Shown: piece by piece, positions 54,978 through 64,000 of the stretch
How positions within the stretch are numbered: the first letter of the stretch is position 1
How the letters are laid out: each line of letters opens with the position of its first letter
NCBI RefSeq assembly: GCF_009914755.1
Contig: NC_060941.1
Strand: one strand, 5' to 3'
Length of the DNA: 64,000 bases
From: the human T2T-CHM13v2.0 reference genome, Homo sapiens
The notes under the pieces: model-generated
Database searches by the model: none
Told to the model about the DNA's origin: nothing
What the model saw: only the letters and a program-made list of their open reading frames with translations
Position numbers and translations under genes: made by a program

Positions 54978-55220
54978 TAGAACTGCACTTTCCAAGGTAA
55001 TAGCCCCTGGACACAGATGGCTATTAAGCCCCAGAAATGTGGCTGGTCTGAATTCAAATACACTAGGAGAATAAAATACACACTAGATTTGAAGACTTAG
55101 TACAAAAAAAGAAGAATGCAAATCATCAACATCATAATTTTTATATCATTGACATGTTGAAATGATACTCTTTTGGATATACAGTAACATAGAAAATATA
55201 TTTTTAAAATTCATGTTATC
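54978..55220. mobile_element. MER33/MER3-type hAT fossil
   Basis: GAAATGTGGCTGGTCTGAATT...AAAATACACACTAGATTTGAAGACTTAGTAC. Confidence 0.75.
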
Positions 55221-55229
55221 CATTCTCTA

Positions 55230-55715
55230 TTCTCGGTCCTGTCCCCTGCCCCAGCAGGCTGACCTCTGAGGACTGAGTCCCCCAGGCTTCCTTGATGGCA
55301 GGTTCCTGGTTGAGTTCAGCCAATGGGTGGCCCTGGCAGAAGATCTGAGTGTGAGAAAAAGGAGCAGGCAAGGCAAGCCTTTACTCTTCTCCCCTCCCTA
55401 CCTTAGGTCCATGTTTCTTAGAGAAGCTGGGCGTCACGGTGACAACAGCTCTAACTTGGTGGCTCCTGCTCCGGGACTCCACCTTCCCTGGGCTCTGAAA
55501 ACACAGTGTCCTGCTTCATCACTTAGGGAAGTAACACTTCCCACTGTTACTATTCTCTGGGTGCCTTGTCACCCTTGGTTGGTTTCCTTAGCCCTGCCAC
55601 TCTTTAGTTCATCCCTGTATTAAAACCTATTAATGCATTAGGCTTTTATGCATTAATAGGTGCATTTGAAGCACCTGGGGTGAATTCTGCCCCCTGCTGG
55701 GACCCTGCCTGATAC
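55230..55715 (+). mobile_element. ERVL LTR (LTR33-like)
   Basis: CAGGCTGACCTCTGAGGACTG...GGTTGAGTTCAGCCAATGGG...CTGCTGGGACCCTGCCTGATACA. Confidence 0.7.
55687..55700 (-). promoter_or_regulatory. Candidate CTCF core motif CCAGCAGGGGGCAG
   Basis: Matches CCASYAGRKGGCRS; motif match only. Confidence 0.45.
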
Positions 55716-56119
55716 ACAAGCCCATTCTTTTCTCCTATATAACAGTAGAAAAAGCCAAGATCCAAGACCCACGAACAAGATATCTTAGATTATGTTAAAA
55801 TGAGTTTAATGCATTGAAATCAGCATATGTACTCTTTCTTAGTGATCCAGGAGCTCCTTGGTGACACAATAAAGCCAATATGATTTAAACCCTGCCCACA
55901 GTGGCCAAGCCACCCTCTCACTTCAAGAATGTGAGCAAATGAGGAAAGTCCACAGAAAACAAAACTGTGCAGCTGAAATAGTGCCCACAGAGCTACAAAC
56001 ACAGTGTTTGAGAGTTTAGAAGAAGAAATGTATGGATGTGGTCTGCATTTCCCACTCAGTCCTGCAATCATTTTTCTAGTGAACAGCAGGAAATGTGAAC
56101 ATTGGCTAGAGCATAAAAT

Positions 56120-56288
56120 CTGGGTATCACGCAAGGTGTTGCAGATCTGTAGTCCTGGCTACTCAGGAGGCTGAGGGGAGAGGACACCCTGAGTCCAGGA
56201 ATGCAAGGTTGCAGTGAGCAGTGATTGCACCACCGCACTCCAGCCTAGGTGACAGAGTGAGACTTCGTTTCTAAAAACAAAACAAAAT
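56120..56288 (+). mobile_element. Alu monomer (FRAM/AluJ right arm)
   Basis: CTGTAGTCCTGGCTACTCAGGAGGCTGAG...CACTCCAGCCTAGGTGACAGAG. Confidence 0.85.
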
Positions 56289-56433
56289 ACTGGCTAAGGC
56301 AGTAGCAGGTGGTCATAATAATAAGTGTAGCTAATGACTATCTAGTATCTCCTATTTGCCTAACATTCTGCTAAATACACAACTATTGCTGTCACTTCTG
56401 AACAGTACTTGTCATTTTCCAGGTACTTTTTGT

Positions 56434-56663
56434 AATAACCACTTTACCTCTATAAGTTATAATAACCACTTTATATATATATATAACCACTTTAACTCTA
56501 TAAGTTATAAGTAAATTATATAATAGATATATAACCACTTTAACTCTATAAGTTATAAGTAAATTATGTAATATATATATAAAACCACTTTAACTCTGTA
56601 AGTTATAAGTAAATTATATATATATATATATATAATCACTTTAACTCTATAAGCTATAAGTAA
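56434..56663 (+). repeat. AT-rich minisatellite with ~50-bp unit
   Basis: ATAACCACTTTAACTCTATAAGTTATAAGTAAATTATATA x ~4 plus partial units. Confidence 0.92.
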
Positions 56664-56850
56664 CTCATATGATTCTCATAACAACCTTAGAGAAAAATAC
56701 TATGGTAGTCTCCATTTTACAGATGCAAAACCTGGGGTGCAGATTTTAATCAACTTGCCCAAGGTCCCAAAGACAATAACTGCTGGAACTGGAGTTTGAG
56801 TGAGGCAGCCCAGCCCCAGAGACTTCATTCGTGGCCATTATGCCCTACAC
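56664..56850 (-). mobile_element. MIR
   Basis: CCATTTTACAGATG...AACTTGCCCAAGGTC. Confidence 0.75.
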
Positions 56851-57404
56851 CTTCTCGTAGGCTGAGTTAATCTTCACAACACCCCCATGAAGCTCTGAGG
56901 AGAGCAGAGGTTCAGAATTGCTTCCCAAACTCAGCCAAGATCATAAGACTAGTCCCCATGACACTATACGGCCTCCCAAATAGACGTGGAAAATGAACTG
57001 GGGCCAAACTGTAGAGAGCTTGGATGAATAGCTTAGTGCAAAGATGAATACTGTAGTCAATCTCTCCTTACTCCTTAACTTCGCTCCTCTTCATTGTCCC
57101 CCATGCTTCGTGCTCTGGGTAAGCCACCCAATCATTATCTTTGACTCCTTTTCCACATCTCACTCCATTATCTGCCTTCCTCTCTCCAATAGTTTACCTT
57201 TCTTCCTCATCTTCCTGCATTCACTTCAACAGTACCAGACATTTCACAATTGGCCAACTGTTATCCACTTTCTCCATCCCTACCTTACATGTGGAAGAAT
57301 GGAACTAACCCCAACAAGCTTCATCAGCCACCTTTGATTTTCCTAAGCCAATCAGCAGGGCTTATCTACCTATTCACAGGAATTGGTTCAGGGACAGACC
57401 TAGC

Positions 57405-57655
57405 CGACTGCTGGAGCCAGCTCCCAGGGGCTTCAGAGAGTCCACTGCAGGCCCCTCTACCGCACGCTGGGTCCAGGGACATCGCATTGGTAGTTTGAAA
57501 TCAGCCATGGTGAGAGAGTTTATGCCATAAAAATCAAACGCTGCATGTCAGGGTTTTTTTTTTTTTTTTTTTTTTTTCATTTTTACCTCTTTTTCTTTTT
57601 TGAGAGAGACAGACAGGGAGAGAGCATTGCTAGACATTCATCTGTACACTACCTG
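57405..57655. mobile_element. MER63-like hAT fossil inside an old MLT1 LTR (~57280-58000)
   Basis: TGCTGGAGCCAGCTC...TTGGTAGTTTGAAATCAGCCATGGTG...CAGGGTTTTTT. Confidence 0.65.
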
Positions 57656-59384
57656 GATGAACAAGACCTAATTTAGGTCCATGAGACGTGAGGAGATATT
57701 TAATCAGGGTTTGGAGAAACCATGGAAGAAGAGTCTATTCTTTTGTGTAGGGAGAGTTATAAAGAAATTGGATGTGAGACTACTAAAGCCATTTTGGCCA
57801 TCAAAGGACCTAACCAGAGGACAGAGTTGACACACAGAGAAGAGATGCTCTGAAAGGATCAAAGAGGTCTGGAGTCAGAGCGCTGAGGGTGTGGACTTCT
57901 GAATCCACCCCCAAAGCCCGTATGCCTCTTCACTCTTCAGTTAAATGAGCCAATAAAGTCCCTGTTTTAAAACCAGTTTGAATTGGGATTTTTATGGCCA
58001 TCAATTGAAAGATGTTGTGGGGATACACAGAGTTATGACTTAGGAGCAAGGCCACCCCTATTGCAGAAGCCCAGGGGCACGATTCACTTTGAAGTCTTTG
58101 TAAGGGGGAGTCCTTCCTTGGAGCCGGCAGGGCCCAGCCTGTGCAGCCACATGTGGCAAATGTAATGTTATGCCTAAGAAACAGCCTATTCCCCTCTATC
58201 ACTCAGCAGGAAGCCCAAATTCCCTGCTAGTACCCCACTGATTCCTTTTATTTCACTGCCGATTTTCATTCATCTCTTATTACCCTGCTGCATGTAAGAC
58301 ACCATTGCCCTATTTTTATTTTTTCACTTCTTCCAACAGCCAACTTTTACTGTTTTTTACCCTTATTCTCTGTCTTCTATAGCCTTTGGGAATTCCTAAA
58401 AAGAATAAACAGATTTTTAAAATCCAGGCCAGCTCCATCGATTAATCAAAGTTTTCCCGTCAGTCTTACAAGCATTTATCCTGTTATTTTGCTTTCTGTT
58501 CAACCCATGTTGACCAAGCTGGCTCATTCATCATCCGCCAAATATGTCCAACAAGTATGTGTTTCAGCACCTTTGTGTGTGATGTTCTCCTTGCCTTGAA
58601 TTCCAAGATCCTTTCATCTTCCCATATTGAAATCTCGTTTCCAGCAATTCCCAATTCAAATCCCTCCCCCTTATGATTGTCTTACTCCAATATTATCACA
58701 AGAAACAGACTTTTTTCGCCAAAAAAAGCTAAATGTATTTAATAAAAAAAATACAGGGCTAACTCACAGAACCTAAGGCATAAAATGCAGCCAGGTCTCA
58801 TATGAAATTGGAGTAAGAGAAACCAGAAAATCAGGAATGGAAGTTACTCTGTCCATCTCTGAAGCACCCCGTTCTCACTTGTCTGCTTCTCTATTCATAT
58901 ATGTTTCATTGTTGTTGCTCTCTTCTCATCCACTCTCTGGATTTTGCATATATCTGGTGGTTTATTTGTTTCATCGATTCCAGAGTCCAGTGGAAACAGA
59001 GTAGGTTCTCACTATGTCTCAATTTCAAATGTCTTGGAGGAAAAGCTAATAGCCAAACCAAGCCAATGGGTTGTTTTCCCCTGGGGGTGATGTCCACTCC
59101 GTGACAAGTCAACTGTGAAAGAAGGTACATGACTACATGGCACCTTTGACTGTTCCTTCCAGGGACATGGAAAGATCAGACTCTCTAAAGAGGAGGTGTA
59201 AGGGCATGGAAGAAGGGATTGGCATCCCTAATATGGTAATCGTGCCTTACAGAGTGATTCCACATCCCCTACTTCTTACTACACTTATCTAATACTGTTG
59301 TAACTTAGATTCATGCCCTACTTTCCCCACTAAGGTACTAGGAACAGAAACTAGTCTATCTGCATCTTATGTAAGGATCACTAT

Positions 59385-59820
59385 TGTAGTTGGATTTTCC
59401 AGAAAGCAGACTCCGAGATATAGGTTAGCATGCAGAATATTTATTAAAGAACATCTTTGGTATCAAGTTCTGTAGAAGGAAGGGGAAAAAAGCAGGAATG
59501 GTCAGAAGGAAACTGTGAGCAAATTCATGACAATGAAGTCCAAATCCAAATGACAGCCTCAGCCTACCCTATGGGGAGCTCCGGAGCAAACTTAGCATTG
59601 TCCTAGTAAGGCTGAGATCACCAGGCCTGCATCCTGCATCTACCAGTCACTGGGTGTGAACTCTACCAGGGATGGGGTCATGTATTTGGGTGAGGGGTCC
59701 TTCTGCAGCTGAGGCAATCTGGAAGGGCTAACAGCTGGATGCTGGGTGCTGACAACAAGCTCAGCAGCTGCAGCAATAGGTATTTTAATGAAAGGGGGTC
59801 TGGATGGCACACCACAATGA
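59385..59820 (-). mobile_element. ERVL LTR (LTR16-like)
   Basis: TTCCAGAAAGCAGACTCCGAGAT...AGCATGCAGAATATTTATTA. Confidence 0.6.
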
Positions 59821-60440
59821 TCACAAAGATGACTGCAGCCACCATTGTGCCTTACACAATGCATGTGCTTACACAACTGTTAGCTACTTCAAAGCAGCGG
59901 TGGGGGGGGGGAGAATAAGAATAATTGTTAAATGAAAGAGTAGAATTGATTTTTTAAAAAATCCCAAGATTTGAGGCTAGCAATGTATACAAATTCCACA
60001 TCTGCCTCCTACTTTGACTTTAAACAAGTTACCGAGCTTCTCTGTAACTTCCCTTCACTCCCCTGAGATGATAGCAAATATGCTCCATGCATGTCTGTCC
60101 CTAATATTTGTGTGACCCAGAGAAAGAATACAAATGAGGTTCCCACCCCACGTTTGTGTGTAGCTTCTCAACCCACATGCCCAAGTCCTGTTCACGCTCT
60201 TTCCCCAGCACGCCTCTTAATAGCAGCTCCTTGGATCACTCTGCCAAACAGACCTGGAAAAGAGGCCCTCGCAGTCTTTGGAAATGGGGTTGAGGCCATT
60301 TGCTTAGGGAACCTAATACCCCAGTGTCTGAAGTGGAGTCTAGAAAGAGCAGCACAGCTCTGAGTGCGACTCCCCTGGGCCCCAATTTCTTCACTTCACA
60401 AGGAGAAGACTGGGATGCTGAAGTTAAAATAGGTCCCCCA

Positions 60441-60735
60441 GGCCAGGCGCGGTGGCTCACGCCTGTAATCCCAGCATTTTGGGAGGCCGAGGTAGGCAAA
60501 TCACCTGAGGTCCAGAGTTCGAGACCAGCCTGGCCAACATGGTGAAACCTCGTCTCTGTTAAAAGTACAAAAATTAGCCGGGCGCCTGTAGTCCCAGCTA
60601 CTCAGGAGGCTGAGGCAGGAGAATGGAGTGAACCAGAGAGGCGGAGCCTGCAGTGAGCCGAGATCGCACCACTGCACTCCAGCCTGGGCGACAAAGCGAG
60701 ACTGTGACTCAAAAAACAAAAACAAAACAAAAAAA
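60441..60735 (+). mobile_element. Alu with AluS-type left arm, AluY-type right arm and a 12-bp junction deletion
   Basis: TCACCTGAGG...AGTTCGAGACCAGCC on the left; TGTAGTCCC, AATGGAGTG, GGAGCCTG on the right. Confidence 0.9.
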
Positions 60736-60775
60736 GGTTCTTTCCTCTCTTTCTTGTCCTCAAGAGTATGCATTA

Positions 60776-61075
60776 GGTTGGGCACAGTGGCTCACTCCTG
60801 TAATCCCAGCACTTTGGGAGGCCAACATGGCTGGATCACGAGGTCAGGAGTTCAAGACCAGCCTGACAAACATGGCGAAATCCCGTCTCTACTACAAATA
60901 CAAAAATTAGCCGGGCGTGGTGGCGAGTACCTGTAATCCCAGCTACTCAAGAGGCTGAGGCAGAATTGCTTGAACTTGGAGGCGAGGCGGAGGTTGCAGT
61001 GGGGGTATATCGCGACATTGCACTCCAGCCCTGGGCGACAGAGTAAGACTATGTCTCAAAAAAAAAAAAAAAGAG
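60776..61075 (+). mobile_element. AluS (Sg-like)
   Basis: GATCACGAGGTCAGGAGTTCAAG; full dimer. Confidence 0.93.
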
Positions 61076-61089
61076 AGAGATAGAATATT

Positions 61090-62625
<1,536 letters not shown>

Positions 62626-63810
62626 CAGCTACATTAACAAGAAAAGAAGACTCGCCTCATTTCCTTTTCCCTAGTCTTTCTTTCTCCGTTTTTTTTTCTC
62701 TTGGAGTTGTATCTCCCTCCCTATGGAAGTCTGCAGCCTTTTTCGGTGAATCCTTCCCCATTTTCAACAAGAGTAGCTGTTGAACTCAGGTATATATACT
62801 TCCTGATATTAGATCCCCCAAGGCACACGATCCTGGTTGGCCACTGCTCTTTTTGTCTCTTTTTACCTGGCTAGGTGATAAGATTTTTATCTCCTCTACT
62901 TCCTTCTCTATATATGCCTCCCCGAGCTGTTACACAAACTTCTGTGATCTCTGAACCTTCTCACCAAAGTGGTTAGTGCACCAGTTTTTGTTTCCTAACA
63001 CTAATGAGAAAAAAGTTTTTCTAGATAAGTACACGTGGGGTAGACATAGGGTATATTCTTTTCTGAATTTGTGTTTCCACCAGTAATCTAAGAATAGCGT
63101 TGAGGTTATGACTTCTATTTCATTTCAAATACTCAAGAGGAGTTTATGAAGCTCCTTCCTTTCTAGGTCATCCATGACGACCCAGTACATTTATTCTGCA
63201 GGAATTCACATCTACAGAAGGCTGGCAGTCATCTTCCATCTGTAAGTTTTAGAAAAGAAAACAATTCTTTTTTTCTTAGTCTCAATGCCTATAAAATGAT
63301 TCTTCGTTAGTTATCACATTTGGCTGCCACTTCTTACTCAGGGACTCCGAGCTGCTTCACTGGGGAAAAAGAAACTACTCTGTATATTCGAATAGTAGGA
63401 ATTCAATCAAGGGATTTGTCATAGAGGTAGTGGAAGACCTGAGATACAACTGCAGGAAGCCACTACAATCTCTGTCTGGAGGGACAAAGAAGGTGGTATT
63501 ACTAAAGCTCAGGTCCTGCAGAAACTGGAACAAAGCTGGAGCGTGAAGGAAAACACAGACACACTGCCTGTGGAGCTGCAAAGATGGAAAAAGACTCTGG
63601 TTTCTACCTGCTTGCCACCCTCCAATCTCTCTTCAACATCTGTCATTAAATATAGCTGCAATACAGAGCAGAGCAAGGGAAGTGTCAAAAAAATGATTTG
63701 AAAGCAAATATGAAGATAAATGACCAGCATAAGAAGTATAGCAAATGTCGTAGGAAATTTGAATTTACTTAAGCTGAAAGATCTTAACATGAATCTAAAG
63801 TCAAACTGTA

Positions 63811-63966
63811 GGCCAGACGTGGTGACTTATACCCATACTCCCAGCACTCTAAGAGTCCAAGGCAGTAAGATCACATGAGGCCAGGAGTTTAAGACCAGCC
63901 TGGGCAACATAGCAAGACCTTATCTTTAAAGATAAAAAAAAAAAAACAAATAAAAATAAATAAAAT
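63811..63966 (+). mobile_element. Alu monomer (FLAM_C)
   Basis: Left monomer with A-tail; TSD TCAAACTGTA(G). Confidence 0.9.
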
Positions 63967-64000
63967 CAAACTGTAGTGTCTTTAGTTGGGGTGGTTATGG

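Noticed and set aside
56434-56663. Repeat-spacer pattern resembling CRISPR
   Set aside because: Eukaryotic context, spacers are just (TA)n, and there are no cas genes.

Overview
This is primate (human-like) non-coding genomic DNA, either intronic or intergenic. I found no credible protein-coding exon, RNA gene, CpG island or prokaryotic-type system. The listed ORFs are Alu-, L1-, LTR- or microsatellite-derived, or chance frames. Roughly half the window is recognisable interspersed repeat: about 19 dimeric Alus and 3 monomers, old L1M and L2/MIR fragments, MaLR/ERVL/ERV1 solo LTRs, and Tigger2a/MER DNA-transposon fossils. Subfamily names come from my memory of consensus sequences, and most boundaries are approximate. 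The most notable unexplained structure is a cluster of four 35-129 bp locally templated insertions between ~3 and ~20 kb. Each copies DNA lying 0.6-2.7 kb away (one inverted, one a two-donor composite with a fold-back), lands inside an older repeat with junction microhomology and in two cases a short target duplication, and mostly shows ~85-91% identity to its donor. Several smaller snap-back or filler scars are also present. Together these look like fossil template-switch or theta-mediated repair events. Secondary observations are a perfect DUX4 motif in an MST LTR, an MLT2A2 LTR, a candidate CTCF site, a chimeric AluS/AluY, a target site used by both an L1 and an Alu, and G4 motifs. I could not identify the locus or a host gene.
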